A DNA stretch of 64,000 bases from a virus: the IMG/VR virus record IMGVR_UViG_3300006310_000773, one strand, 5' to 3'. Under the pieces are notes generated by a model. It saw nothing but the letters and a program-made list of their open reading frames with translations. It had not been told where the DNA came from and ran no database searches. Position 1 is the first letter of the stretch. Each line of letters begins with the position of its first letter. Below are positions 30,701-41,300 of this stretch, one piece after another. Made by a program: the position numbers and the translations under genes.

Positions 30701-30806
30701 GAGAAACTCCAGGTTGAAATAACATTCTAAGAAATTTCTTAGTTTCATCATAATCATCAAAATAAGGACTTTGCTGTAAAGATGAAAGTAAACTTAATGT
30801 AGCCAT
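24795..30806 (-). CDS. Large virion structural protein (DUF4815/VrlC-like)
   Basis: PYFDDYDETKKFLRMLFQPG..QVRELTQLQTILQNQI; NAPGANR; ARRTYDESGNY; RFKNGILVDQF; C-terminal PPKIKDLRAVAL. Confidence 0.85.
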   Translation of the reverse strand: MATLSLLSSLQQSPYFDDYDETKKFLRMLFQPGVSLQVRELTQLQTILQNQISRLGDSFYKDGSIVTGGQINLNTNVSYIRLASTETASTFANQKIQLSGADTITFDVITTVEAEGSDAPVLIGVYSGSDTITTTSATIHVAGSTGISAQTADAGTITGDGSIASISAGIYYINGFFVTVDAQTIVLEKFATTPSYKVGLTITESITNNTDDSSLLDNASGSFNVNAPGANRYKIALILGKKSLTTISEQNFIELLRVVNGLPTKIVKYPVYSALDDTLARRTYDESGNYTVKPFLANLNTHKNASGWTLASTTASIVGLESKFLKDFRIGDSVYLTNGSFNSATTTVTAIADDENMTVSAPIGSGQTQFIHNLDKLSVGLEPGKAYVRGYDYESVAVEYADIRKGRDTNNAIEFVMNTNFGNNLRIDSANGSFNVATQAPIDLHCVRTVNINTTSAATYNTSKIGTARPRQLDYFSGTPGATNGTYDLYLYDTKMSSITSNVHTGIAAGGTTLVLNSTKSTNVSLAYAGASIKMTSGYNDGVSRLITDHQGNTITLANAFLADVGVSDTCEIDFTAKYLESVIESDGSGNIEKYADISQFGKVDQLDPNSLTKIFDTDRSSLIYELPQAVVKTLNPLVTSKFDYTVKQQFFSVTFTNGLASITQTGGVFLPGKGSSLGSADLLNHVVCTITGSIGALCPRNIGDIINFGAGATSSVDAAGTSMALDTGVGSNDNFTATITAAISLSPLASTFRTKTIVNSNTTSFTSGDTNTTLRGLGQYKATTAADYANTTISLRTSDVKSLKAIVKSPDTDIASLTTELFTTACASAGDTNNITDKYNFETGQRDNLYDFGFVKLKPGQSAPAVPIVAVFDYFVHQAADGPFTVDTYLGATAGVEFSDIPSYTSPITGKTVSLRDCLDFRPKRTNGDESASFALDSATINQSVVLPRLPDSDVVLTTDVQFYLPRKDKIVVTKDREFGVIEGNPSVDPIVPADDEDSMTIYIADIPEYTFEVTDVNLQYIENKRFTMRDIGKIEKRVEQLEYFTSLSFLEKDAKEQAIFTDGGVERFKNGILVDQFAGHAIGDVLDDDYRIAIDFDQTLLRPTFESDNFKFKLDVNSANIMKTGDLVSVAYTDTGFIDQPATTTTEEVNPFGSGMFNGILTMTNPSDTWFYDGRRPEVLINLTGGSDNWESGKYNYGFGTQWDNWSKNWSGVEINNDDVSKANKKSTSSTKVDRSAKTIDQQNTRDGILSKDQPESVKKTVNNKQVNDTIVSWNRKQTVLFKAQGLKPSTDHYLYVDGVNLTEQANTGVTLSITDGGNSEFIANEGEYVTVSANSSISGTLVHVDYTGNTTLMLANTIGDWTATGTSTIVEADYVSASGTVTANATLSAVPTTYVNNLKSDINGTVVGNFEFTAGQFRMGERLVRLTDHADNTLSKTNSVAEKTFHIKGMESVSDGSIISTRSSLVRRQDIRSAVVTKSAVSDKSSSSNFVNPMAQSIVIDESRYPNGMFLRNVTFYFSQKDTYLPVTVQVRPMTDGTPSVAQVLPFGEKVLVPDEITVDSSSPDTTKSSSGTTFKFPSPVYLPPGEFAIVLMTNSPKYKVYSAVEGNMVTNTDTTNTKAGKGPEVGDFFVTNNSSKWTPVTNRSLMFKTQKCSFQLTSFNSNLCQFDVIPHPLSNGTANTAYDLMKLSTSELKFSDSVIDYFYQTTTENEAYPHIAVRDNSFTKFTSNKNIKHDSRKTIRTGKYDGGTDPDMKIQVKMSTTNSDVSPIIDLSRLNLITVENNINNGGISNNNVAVVGGGTGYANGTSNITLSGTTGTGAGVTLVTDGTGAITDAYASAEGSGYFDNITATLSGGTSGSVTISAETDREGGNGIARYITRRVTLQDGFDAEDVRVYIRAYKPSTSNINIYYKALSSTDSESFDDKYWNKMTQETDSSVYSANESDFLTYNYKTADDSAAYTVGSTTFKDFKYFAIKVVLTSSSNIDPPKIKDLRAVALDS

Positions 30807-30809
30807 GAA

Positions 30810-32558
30810 TTAAAACTCTATTATTAATTTGATATCTTCGGTTTGATCTGAGGCTCTTACAACAGGAGACCTATTTTCCACATACAAAAGTGTTCCAGAA
30901 TATGGTTTAAATTCTCCAGCAGTTAAAGAGGTGACGGTAGCCGTACTTCCATCACATGTAACAGTTTCAGCTTCCTGGAATCCTCCCGGCTTGCCAGCAA
31001 TATCAGGACCTTGATTAGGATTTGTCAAATTTGAACCAGTACCTGCCGCAGTTCCTAGTAATCTATTTGCATTTGTTGGACCCAAAGACATTGATACTAA
31101 TCTCAAATCTTTTACACCTGATGAAACAACTACTTCATCAACAATTCTTCCTATTGCGCCTGACGTATTTCCTTGAACATATCCATCATCAATAAAATTT
31201 GAACCATTTATTGAAGAAACCCGCATTGTTACAGCCTGAGTACCTGCCTGTGCCGTAAATCTATGTGTTGTATTAGCTGAAACAGGATTTTTTATTAATC
31301 CAACTTTTCTAAAATCATTTACTACTGGAAATTTACCACTCTCACTTTGTTCTATTCTTTGATTAATCATAATAAAATTTCCCCCCAATTCTTCAACAAT
31401 ATCATATGCATGACCACCTGACGGGCCAATTCTTGGTACAATCACACCACCGGAACCAGTTGCTCCTGTACCAGATTGTATTACTTTAACTTCTGCAGTG
31501 TTATAACCAGAACCTACTACTCCCGCAAAAACCGCACCAAGTGTACCAGAAGTTCCCCCCTCTACACATCGAGCTGTTGCTCCTGTACCATCACCATAAA
31601 CGGCGAGTCGAGGTTGAACTGTAAATGATCCTGTTGCATCTCCCGCTAATGCTTCAGTTAAAGTAAATTGTCCTTTAGACTGTCCTTCATCATATACATA
31701 AGTATCTATTATTCGAATATCATTATTAATATAAACTGCTGAACCATCATAAATTCCATCTGTAGTATTAATTCCCGCTGTCGCAGTTTCAAAGAAAGTC
31801 GTAGTTGTAGAACCTACTGTTGCTCCGGTAAAAAATAAATAATTTGATCCTGCGTCTGTAATATTATAAACATCTATCGCACCTTTTACAGAATTCACCT
31901 CAATATCATATTGATTAGATCCATCATCCAAAGGCATTCCCGTAGATCCCGTTAATCCTATAGAATTAGCATTTCTTAATGTCTTACAAGGAATATAATT
32001 TGGTGTCACAAATTTTAATGCTTCAGCTGCAGTAATTGTATACAAAAACTTCCATTTATAATTATCCAATCCATATTTGTCTTCTATCGCGCTGGCCTCT
32101 GTACTAACAGAAGTTGGTACCGAGGTTGATGTTGAATTATTAGCATTATCCATACATTTGTATACATTAAAATCTGTAGTCATAACATGTATTGGGTTTG
32201 CAGTATTAGAATATAATGTATCTACATCTTCCTTATACATCGCATATACTGATCCTGAAGTCCAATTATTTCTTGGTATTACATGTGAAGTATATGATTG
32301 TGTAACTTTTTTCGCGGCAATCATGGAGTCCCAAGAATCATGAGTATTTTCAAATACACTATCTCTTGGTGTGGGTGGAGCGTTATCATCAGACCATGCC
32401 GTTGTATTACCAATATACAAATAAATATGATCATCCAATGTCGTTGAATCTTCAGAACCTGAAACGTCCGATCCGCTCCAATCTATAGTTTCACCCAAAC
32501 CTTCTCTAAATTGTTTAGCTTGATGAGTTCTAAATTTTCTTGTTACTAAAGCTGGCAT
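30810..32558 (-). CDS. gp8: Baseplate wedge subunit, T4 gp8-like
   Basis: YLYIG..W.D..PPTP; VIPRNNWTSG; VYKCMDN; YKWKFLYTI; C-terminal YVENRSP..DQTEDIKLIIEF. Confidence 0.85.
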   Translation of the reverse strand: MPALVTRKFRTHQAKQFREGLGETIDWSGSDVSGSEDSTTLDDHIYLYIGNTTAWSDDNAPPTPRDSVFENTHDSWDSMIAAKKVTQSYTSHVIPRNNWTSGSVYAMYKEDVDTLYSNTANPIHVMTTDFNVYKCMDNANNSTSTSVPTSVSTEASAIEDKYGLDNYKWKFLYTITAAEALKFVTPNYIPCKTLRNANSIGLTGSTGMPLDDGSNQYDIEVNSVKGAIDVYNITDAGSNYLFFTGATVGSTTTTFFETATAGINTTDGIYDGSAVYINNDIRIIDTYVYDEGQSKGQFTLTEALAGDATGSFTVQPRLAVYGDGTGATARCVEGGTSGTLGAVFAGVVGSGYNTAEVKVIQSGTGATGSGGVIVPRIGPSGGHAYDIVEELGGNFIMINQRIEQSESGKFPVVNDFRKVGLIKNPVSANTTHRFTAQAGTQAVTMRVSSINGSNFIDDGYVQGNTSGAIGRIVDEVVVSSGVKDLRLVSMSLGPTNANRLLGTAAGTGSNLTNPNQGPDIAGKPGGFQEAETVTCDGSTATVTSLTAGEFKPYSGTLLYVENRSPVVRASDQTEDIKLIIEF

Positions 32559-32589
32559 TTTTAATTCCTTTATTATAGTCTATGTTTAT

Positions 32590-35500
32590 TTATGTCCGTT
32601 TCATAATGGAAATATTCTCCACTCCAAATAATGCAGGAGTCTGTGATGGAGAATATGCCCAATTACCTTGATTAAGTTTATATCTTATATCTTGATCTAA
32701 AGTTATTTTTCGAGAAGCTATCGTATCAATTGTATGTAGTTGATAATCTGTCACAAAAATTGGATTATCGACAAAACCTTTCGATGGTCTGCCCTCTAAA
32801 GCTAATTCATAAGTCTCATCGCCCATTAAATCTATTTTTCCACCTCCGGACGCGGTTTCTAATAATACATTTTCATTTAATCCAATATATTGTCTATCAA
32901 AAAATACTTCAGTATTAGCAGAATAATTTGAAAATTCAACATTTTGCAAATCATTTGTCAAACTATCAAATCTATAATCACTTATCTTAAAATCTTTATA
33001 ATATGACCAATATTCTGATGATAAATTATCTATAGTAGATTGAGTAATAAGTTCTTTTGACAATCTAATAATTCTATATGAAACATCATCTAAAACTGTT
33101 ACTCCTGTATAATCTTTTACTGGTAGCCCATCTACTTGTAATAATATTCCTGTATCTGCAGCGAGGTCAATATTATTTATTATAAATTTTTGATTATTTA
33201 ATGTTATTGAAGTATTACTAAATTCTGGAAAACCATCTATTTGAACGATATCATTATTACGCAACCATAAATCTGTATCAGTTTTAATTTTAACATAACT
33301 TTCAACCACTCTCAATTGTTCCGTGTGTGAAGCTGATGCTGTAATCGGAATTGTGAAAGCTGTGCCGCTAGTTTGAGTTATATCCGCATGAGGAATAATT
33401 TTATCATTTATAAAAACTGTTAATGTACTAGGTTCATATGTTTTAGTAAGTATGTGAGATGTTGCAACAGAACTGATTGTTTCTCCAGAAAGATCAAAAT
33501 AAGAAGTTTCATATTTTGTTGTAATACCATCATTTGTAGCCGCGTCTTCTTTTATAAAATATGTCTGACACAAAGACCAAAATCTAACATCATCATATGT
33601 TTGTTCTAAAAAGGATTCTTTCATTACCTGTTCTGTGGTCGCTGTATGCTTAACTTCACACTTATCTGCCTCACTTAACCAAACACCATCAATTCTTTCA
33701 TCATCTGATCCTGTTGTCCATTCAATATGAGACAGATCAAATTTTGGTTCAGGAACAGGCACCACTATAGGAATATCAAAAACTAGTAAAAAGGATCTAT
33801 ATTTTATATTTTGATTAACATTTGAATTCTCAACAGTATTGACAGTTGTTGCTGGATCAGTTTTAAACAATGACAGATCCAAATCATTTCTCATAATTAC
33901 TTCACCAAACATATTTAATCCTGCTGGATGAATTGTATTTAAAATTAAATCCCTAAAAAGTTCAACTGATTTATCTGATTTTATAACATAAGAAAAATCT
34001 TGATAATATACACTATCTTGCAACTTCTTTTGTGAACTACATTGTCCATCCGCCCCCGCATAAAACCCAGGATAATATCTAACAGAATCCATAATGAGCG
34101 AAGCATTAGCAAGACCATTTCCAAAACCAGTAAAATCAAACGTTGGTGGAATTGGAGTTCCCCATTTATCCGTGCCATATCCTGTTCCAGGATTATCAAT
34201 GCGGACTGATGTAACACCTCCCCCCATAGTATCAACAATAAATACCGCATCCTGTCCTATAGGATAAGATCGACCACCAGTTGAAGGATATCCATTAGTT
34301 TCTATGTAATTAAAATTAGTATCTATTGAAAGAGTTGGCGTTGATTGATAACCTTTTCCATAATCCATTATTTCTATAGTTTCAATTTTACCTACCGTAA
34401 CATCTGAAAATGTAAGAGATTCTAATGTTGATGTATTAGTATTTGAAAGAAATATGGCCGTGTGTCCCACATTAGCAGAAATTCCCCCGTAATCACCATT
34501 TATTGCGACAGAATTTGTATATGGATGATCACTTTCAATTTCAGAAATTAATGTAGGAGTAAATGCAAATCCATCTCTTCTAAAAGCATAAACAGTATCA
34601 TCTGAAGTAAAAGCCAGACTTGTATCTGCAGATGAATTTGCGGTTGGTGCATATCTAATAACAGTATTACTCAATACTTCAACTACAACTCCCCTCTTTG
34701 TTGATTGAGACGCATTATTCTGTATAAAATAATTTGAAAGTAAAAATTCCTCTCTTATGGGAATATCTGTTTCTGAAGAGAGTGTCATAACATGAGTATT
34801 ACACAAATCAAAAATTTTCTCATTACTTATTTCTACAGTAGAAAGTGTAAATTGATCTAATTCTGTAACTTTCGCTCTCGCGCTTTCCGTAGGAAGTGAT
34901 AACGTATTATCAAAATCTACCCAATCTCCTACTTGATATCCTGAACCGTCATTAATTCTTCGTAAACTTGTGACTTGATCCTCTGTAGTACTACCGACTT
35001 TTGCTATAGCACCTACACCAACTCCACCAATTAAAGGAATAGTTTCCTCTTTTGTATATTCTCTTCCCTCAGTGATCATAGTAGCTACATTCACATTTGG
35101 ATTAGAAGAAATCATTCCTAAAACTGCGGAATTCGCAAAAGAACCATCGTCGCTTTCTGAAGTTGCTTGAACTATTTCTCCTATATCAAAACTTCCAATT
35201 TGATTTTTTAAATATAACTCTGTAACATACGTAGTAGATACTTTATTAAGAGCTAATGAAGTTATAAATGCACTCGATCCAGTAGTTTGCCCTACTATAG
35301 TTCTACCTAAAAATTCACGATTTACAAATTCATCATTAACATGTAAGGTTATATTTCTAATCCAAGCTCCATGAGAAGGTTTAAGCATATCAACTTTTGG
35401 ATAATAAAAGTCTACGCTTTCTGTTGACAATGCTGCTCTAAAGAGTGTTTGATATGATCTTTCATCACCCTTTTCCATGTAAACTTCTTTAATTTTCGAT

Positions 35501-35982
35501 GCGAATATTTTTTTATCAATATCTAAGTCTTCTGGCCAGTTTTCAAAAAATTCATATCTAAAATTATAAAATAATTCATTATTAGGAGATGGAAATTCAC
35601 TCCAATCAAGAGCAACTTTCGAAGCATTTAATGGATTTCTTCTATAATGATGTATTGTCCCTGTCGCACCATTACTACCAGTTATAGTTTCACCAGCTTC
35701 AAATATTACATTATTAGTTTGTGACACATACAAGTATACTCCGGTTCCCAAATTCGTAGAAGTATCTATTGATAATATCTTAGCAGTAGCACTGTTCGTA
35801 TCACTTGTAATTACTTCTCCCTCAGAAAATGCGCCAGTATTCGCGCTAAGATGTACTTGAATTGATTCTAAAAATTGATAATAGCTTTTTAGAAACTGGA
35901 CAAACATCGTGTTTTCTTTTCGAAAACTAACGGGAAGCTGATTTTCTACAATACAAGATAAATTATTATTAACTACAGCCAT
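32590..35982 (-). CDS. gp7: Baseplate wedge initiator, T4 gp7-like
   Basis: FVQFLKSYYQFLE; KEVYMEKG; YYPKVDMLKPS; LQDSVYYQDFSYVIKS..HPAG; position between gp6 and gp8. Confidence 0.78.
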   Translation of the reverse strand: MAVVNNNLSCIVENQLPVSFRKENTMFVQFLKSYYQFLESIQVHLSANTGAFSEGEVITSDTNSATAKILSIDTSTNLGTGVYLYVSQTNNVIFEAGETITGSNGATGTIHHYRRNPLNASKVALDWSEFPSPNNELFYNFRYEFFENWPEDLDIDKKIFASKIKEVYMEKGDERSYQTLFRAALSTESVDFYYPKVDMLKPSHGAWIRNITLHVNDEFVNREFLGRTIVGQTTGSSAFITSLALNKVSTTYVTELYLKNQIGSFDIGEIVQATSESDDGSFANSAVLGMISSNPNVNVATMITEGREYTKEETIPLIGGVGVGAIAKVGSTTEDQVTSLRRINDGSGYQVGDWVDFDNTLSLPTESARAKVTELDQFTLSTVEISNEKIFDLCNTHVMTLSSETDIPIREEFLLSNYFIQNNASQSTKRGVVVEVLSNTVIRYAPTANSSADTSLAFTSDDTVYAFRRDGFAFTPTLISEIESDHPYTNSVAINGDYGGISANVGHTAIFLSNTNTSTLESLTFSDVTVGKIETIEIMDYGKGYQSTPTLSIDTNFNYIETNGYPSTGGRSYPIGQDAVFIVDTMGGGVTSVRIDNPGTGYGTDKWGTPIPPTFDFTGFGNGLANASLIMDSVRYYPGFYAGADGQCSSQKKLQDSVYYQDFSYVIKSDKSVELFRDLILNTIHPAGLNMFGEVIMRNDLDLSLFKTDPATTVNTVENSNVNQNIKYRSFLLVFDIPIVVPVPEPKFDLSHIEWTTGSDDERIDGVWLSEADKCEVKHTATTEQVMKESFLEQTYDDVRFWSLCQTYFIKEDAATNDGITTKYETSYFDLSGETISSVATSHILTKTYEPSTLTVFINDKIIPHADITQTSGTAFTIPITASASHTEQLRVVESYVKIKTDTDLWLRNNDIVQIDGFPEFSNTSITLNNQKFIINNIDLAADTGILLQVDGLPVKDYTGVTVLDDVSYRIIRLSKELITQSTIDNLSSEYWSYYKDFKISDYRFDSLTNDLQNVEFSNYSANTEVFFDRQYIGLNENVLLETASGGGKIDLMGDETYELALEGRPSKGFVDNPIFVTDYQLHTIDTIASRKITLDQDIRYKLNQGNWAYSPSQTPALFGVENISIMKRT

Positions 35983-35993
35983 TAAAAATTACC

Positions 35994-37832
35994 TTAATAT
36001 GATGTTGTCGTAGTTGTTGTTGAATTTGCGGTGACACTTCTTCTTTCTAAAATATTTACGTCTGTGACATTAACTGTAATATCACTATCTAAAATTTGAA
36101 AAATTTGTTCTCTTACTGGAATCATATCCTCTTCAACTGGTTCAAAATATATGTGAACAATATTATTTGTAATAGCTTGTGGTGCAAAAGCTACTAATGT
36201 TACTTGTCCTGTAGTATAATCAATAGATCCAATATTATTTCTTATTATAGTTTTTATATTGTTTTGCTTTCTATAAACTCTTATAACTCCATTATAATCT
36301 TCCATTTTACATGCATCATATAAAGTGCCTGCCGTATCTTTATATGAAAAACTTGAACTAGATATAGCACCCAAATATCCATCAAATGCGTGTGCTATCG
36401 CATTATTAAAATAAAATCTATAGGTTACTGCCGTAAGCAATGAGGGAATAAATGATGTATAAATTTTAAGTGTCATAAGACTATTAGTAATAGATTCATC
36501 TGATTTATCTATTTTTGTCAATAGTTTTGAAAATTTAAAATTAGTATCAAATAATCTTAAATCTGTGCTATTATAATTCTGCACTGTAGTTTTTACTTTT
36601 GCCGCAATCGCCGATGAAGATCCTGTAGTTAAAGCGGAATCATATTTTACTGTTATTGTTGGTTGAACTTTATAAATGATTGGGTCAGTTATTACTGGTT
36701 CAATTGCTACCATTTTTCTATCAGACAATAACGCTATAACCGTTTTTCTTTGTGCTGTTGTTAAAAATTCCGCACCTTTTGGTTTTATCGCAATATACAC
36801 TTTACCATAAACAGGAGTTGCGGAAGTTTCTCCTCCCCAAGACTGTATACTTTCCGCATCTGGAAAATTTGCGAATATTAATGCTTTATAATCTTCTACT
36901 GTTACCGCTCGTCTTTGAGAAGAAAAAGTTTTTGGTGCATTAAATTTTACTGATTCAATCGATTCTCTTTCCGCTCCACCATATGCCGCGGTTGAAGTTG
37001 ATATGGAAATATTATCAAATCCCCCCACCGCATCTAATGATTTAAATGTTGAAGCTCCATTGGGTCCTGCTCCATTACATACTAATGCTCTAACCTGAAC
37101 TTGGTTTCCATGTGTTAACGCTCTTCCAATAGAACCATCACCAAATTGAATTTCATATCTACCATTAGACACTTCTGAAGTAAAATATATATTTGCTGTG
37201 CCAGATATGGCTGTAAAATCTCCCGCCTTTTCATATACATAAGATGTTGCATCAGATGGAGATACTTTAACAGTGACTTCTGCTGTCGATATATCCACAT
37301 TTGAATTTGGTAACACAAATCTTTGTTCTTTATCTGAAGTATTTTTAGTGAATGTATATACTGAAGGGACTCCCTCTTTTACATCTATTTGTTTTACATA
37401 AGCCCCCGCTAAACTTCTATCTATTTGAAATGCCTGTGTTGTAGCGAACACATATTGTTTTCCTTTAATTGTTGAATTAAATTTTGTAAATTTATCACAT
37501 GTAACAAAGGAGGGGGTGCCCGCCGGCACAACAGTAACAATGATTGTCGCACTTGCTCCAACTTGAGATCTTGGTGTATAATTTAACATTGCGGCTTTGG
37601 ATGCAACTGAATTTCTTATAGAAGCACTGCCTAAATACATTTCATTCGCTATCATATTTAAATAAAATGAGTTATAATGTGTATTATAAGCCAAAACATT
37701 AAGAATCGTATTTATTCCTGAAGCTGTAAAATCATAACCAGAAAAAACAGTCTGATTACCTAAAAATGATTTTAGATTATCTTTAATTTGATCAAAATCT
37801 AAATCTGTTACATCTAATTTTTCTGTTGACAT
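35994..37832 (-). CDS. gp6: Baseplate wedge subunit, T4 gp6-like
   Basis: LDFDQIKDNLK..DF..LAYNTHYNSFY.NM..NE; FGDGSIG; QRRAVTVEDY; WGGE..YGKVYI. Confidence 0.93.
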   Translation of the reverse strand: MSTEKLDVTDLDFDQIKDNLKSFLGNQTVFSGYDFTASGINTILNVLAYNTHYNSFYLNMIANEMYLGSASIRNSVASKAAMLNYTPRSQVGASATIIVTVVPAGTPSFVTCDKFTKFNSTIKGKQYVFATTQAFQIDRSLAGAYVKQIDVKEGVPSVYTFTKNTSDKEQRFVLPNSNVDISTAEVTVKVSPSDATSYVYEKAGDFTAISGTANIYFTSEVSNGRYEIQFGDGSIGRALTHGNQVQVRALVCNGAGPNGASTFKSLDAVGGFDNISISTSTAAYGGAERESIESVKFNAPKTFSSQRRAVTVEDYKALIFANFPDAESIQSWGGETSATPVYGKVYIAIKPKGAEFLTTAQRKTVIALLSDRKMVAIEPVITDPIIYKVQPTITVKYDSALTTGSSSAIAAKVKTTVQNYNSTDLRLFDTNFKFSKLLTKIDKSDESITNSLMTLKIYTSFIPSLLTAVTYRFYFNNAIAHAFDGYLGAISSSSFSYKDTAGTLYDACKMEDYNGVIRVYRKQNNIKTIIRNNIGSIDYTTGQVTLVAFAPQAITNNIVHIYFEPVEEDMIPVREQIFQILDSDITVNVTDVNILERRSVTANSTTTTTTSY

Positions 37833-37833
37833 T

Positions 37834-38286
37834 TTATTCTATTTCCAAAAATTCTGTAATAGTTATTGTTATCGGTTCTTTAACTGGTTTTACTATGATT
37901 TGTACACTATATCCATTTTGATCTGGTCGCGGAATACATATAACATTTTGAAGTTCAACTATACCGCTTCCATTTTCTTTAATTGCATCTGTAATGGTAT
38001 TTCTAATTGCTTGTGCAGTAATTTCATTAACCATTTCAAATAAATGATGGCCAATATCACAATAAAATTGTGAATTAAAAGGAACTTCATATCTTCTTGT
38101 TTTTAATAAATGCTTTATTCCCTGTGCAATAGATTCTGTTTTATTTTTAATAATAACATCCCCCGTCAAAGGATGTTTTGCGAAAGTTAAAGAAACGTCT
38201 GAAATCGTTTCTGATTTATTTAATTGAGTTTGGACATCTTTTTCGAACAGCCAATCTCTTTCTAAGTTTCCGTGTGTATATGCCAT
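37834..38286 (-). CDS. gp25: Baseplate wedge protein, T4 gp25-like
   Basis: SDVSLTFAKHPLTGD..IKHLLKTRRYEVPF; directly upstream of gp6. Confidence 0.85.
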   Translation of the reverse strand: MAYTHGNLERDWLFEKDVQTQLNKSETISDVSLTFAKHPLTGDVIIKNKTESIAQGIKHLLKTRRYEVPFNSQFYCDIGHHLFEMVNEITAQAIRNTITDAIKENGSGIVELQNVICIPRPDQNGYSVQIIVKPVKEPITITITEFLEIE

Positions 38287-38294
38287 AATACTAA

Positions 38295-38302
38295 TATTTA
38301 TA
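38295..38302 (-). promoter_or_regulatory. T4-type late promoter TATAAATA
   Basis: Exact consensus 8 nt upstream of the gp25 start; gp33 co-activator is encoded in the window. Confidence 0.7.
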
Positions 38303-38317
38303 TGTTATCTAACTAAA

Positions 38318-41300
38318 CTATACTAAACCCGCCGCTTCTAATAGTTTTGCGGTTTTTTGACTACCATCCCCTCCTAAAAATAACATCATACCATAAGTAA
38401 AATCTATATTTTCTGGTGGTGGATTACCAGCGTTAATTAATTTATTCCTTACTCTCTCAGTTCCACCATTCGCAGGAGGAATATAAAGAAAATATATTCC
38501 AGCATCAACAATTCCTATTTTTATTAATGCTAAAAATTCTTCCATCAATTTTAATATTTTTACTAATTTTGGTACAATTTTTTCTTCAATAAATTCAATT
38601 AGATCGTCTATTTTTTTAATTAAACCTGAACCTATTCCTTTTAATCCTTCTAAAAAGTCTATTAATAATTCTAATATTGGTCTAAGTGCGGGCACTACAT
38701 CCTCTACATTCATGCTCCAAAAATCAGGATAAACAGATTCAGGTATATCTTCCTTTTTGAGTGTATTTTTATTAATTGCCTGAACAGAACAAACTCTTGG
38801 TGCGGGAAGATTAGCACTACCTTGATTTTTCCAATTAGGAAGCCATAGATATCCATCCAATATAGCTTCAAAATGTCTCAATAAATCAACATTAATGTCT
38901 GCAGCATTTAAACCTGATCCTTCTAATATCATTTGTGCTGCCCATGTACTTTCTTCATCTGTCAAATCTCCCAATTCATCGTCATCATAATCCGGTTTAT
39001 CTGGATCTTGGTCATCATCATCATCATTAACTAACTTGTGAAGAAGTTCTTCCCATAGTCTTGCTCCTTGTGCATCTGGTGCACCGGTTAATACTGGTGC
39101 ACCGTGATGGCTATCAGTCACTACACCAAAACCCATAGATTGGGTAGTATGCTCACGTAAGCTTCGAACACTTCCCCCCTCCCACACGATTCCTTCATTC
39201 GATTTTCTTTCTGCCTCTTTTGCCGTTTCTAGTTGTGCTGTTTTATTTGTGAGAGCTAACTCCAACTCTTGAATTTTATCTTCAAATCTGCTGTGAGTAG
39301 ATGATATCTCCAAGTTCCTAAGTGCAATGGCTTCATCGAGTTTTACTTTTTCCTCTTCTAAAGTTTCTATTTTAGTTTGTGAGGATTGTTTGTCCTCCTC
39401 AAAGCCATTTATCTCTACTTTCAGTTTTTCTATTTCCGCGTCATAATATTCTATTTGACCAGAATACTCTCCGGAACTGCCATCCTCATTTCGGCCTTCG
39501 ACCGCGGCTGTTGCTGTTTCTAATGTTTGTGAAGCTTTTGATTTTTGGGATTTTAAGCTTGCCCACTCTAGGGAAATATCTCGATAATGTTGATCGTCTC
39601 GATATAATTTTTCTTCAATCTTCGCTGGAGTCGATTCTTTAACACCATATTTGTAAGCGAGGACGTCTGCTTCACTAAATGTCATTGAATTGCCTATTCT
39701 CGTCATTTCTACGTCATAAGCTTGCTGAAATATTTCTTGCCGTTTGGATTCTTCGTAGTCGCGTACCTCTTTCTCTATATTAATTAAATCTGTTTCTAAA
39801 CTAGTTAAATTTTCTTGTGCATTTACTTGTTTAGATTCTGATTCTTGCACAGACTTCATTTCAGCTGATAGCGTTTCTAAAGCCTTATCCTTCTCCTCTT
39901 CCCTTGTTGATATTTCTGCTTCTTTTTCTTTAATCCTAGTCTCAGTACGTTCTATGCTTGATTCTATCTCAGCAATTTGTTTGTCTTTTTGAACTTTGTC
40001 TGCTTCATGTTGTTGTAGTCTATCTGTAGGAGCTCCTACAGAGTGTTCAGGGACTTTTAACTGTCCTATTTGAGTTTTAATTTTCTCGATTTCCGCCTCA
40101 GTAGTACCAACCGCAGATGTTGCAGCAAGTGCTGAATTTTCTAATTGCTCCTCTCTTTGAGACGTTTCTTCCTGACTAAGTTTCCTATGATATGTTAAAC
40201 TTTCTTCATATCCTCCTTGACTAATCTTATCATTATAATATTGATATAAAGCTACTTGTCTACTGTCCGCGCCTGAATCATGTTTCCATCGTCTCATCGC
40301 CATAATTCGTTTCATTATATCTTCTTTTTGATCATCCTCACCAAACACCTTTGTTCCGTTTTTTAATACATAAGAATTCCAAACCTTAAATGCGTCACCT
40401 CCTCCTGGATCAGGTTTAGTGGGCTGTCCTTCTTCATCAATTACTCCAAGTCTATTATCAAGTTCGACTTCAACCAAAATATCTCCAGGTCTAGTATTTG
40501 GAAATATAGTCTCATGTAAGACATCAATTGATTGTTCATATCTCTCTGTTGTTCCTTGAGTAAAAAGATCTACACTAGCATCACCTGCAGCTGTTTCGAC
40601 TCCTGGAGTAATATGATCATACCATTCCGTGTTTGATGTTTCATCAGTTCCGCCACTCGTCGGAGCTTCAAATTTTGTTGCCGTTCCAGATGCAAGTATT
40701 TGCATTACTTCGCGAGTTCTTAAATTTTTAAAAAATACCTTATCCTCTTTATTAGAATTAATGTCAATTCCTCTTCTTCTAAATTTTTCTTTATTATCAC
40801 TATTTGTTCCTATTTTAAATATATCTCGTTCTGCTTTTATGCTTGATTTTTTTCCGGGCTTGATTGGCCATTTTTCTATTGGCGGATTTGTCATGCCAGG
40901 ATTAGGTGCACATAAATTTGTAACAACAATCTTTTCTTCTCTTAAAGCGTCTAAATCATTTGTCAATTCTACAGCTATATCAAATGCATCTTTAATGGGT
41001 CTTATATCTGCAAAATAGTTATAAAGTTTAGCTAATTTTTCTACTATTTTAGCTGGATCTGACGTACCAAGAATTATTACTAATGCTCCAGCTATTCCAT
41101 CTTCTGATATTACTGGCCTGTTCACATCACCTTTATCATCAAAGGCTGCGTTCATTATTTCTATCATTTTACTTGGTTTGCAGATTTGCATTTCTCCTCC
41201 AAGAGCCCAAATAGAATCTGGATAAGTAATATCATGATACCCATCACCAGATTTCTCTAAAACCGGTTTTCCTTGAGCTGATCCGGATACTCCAGGTATA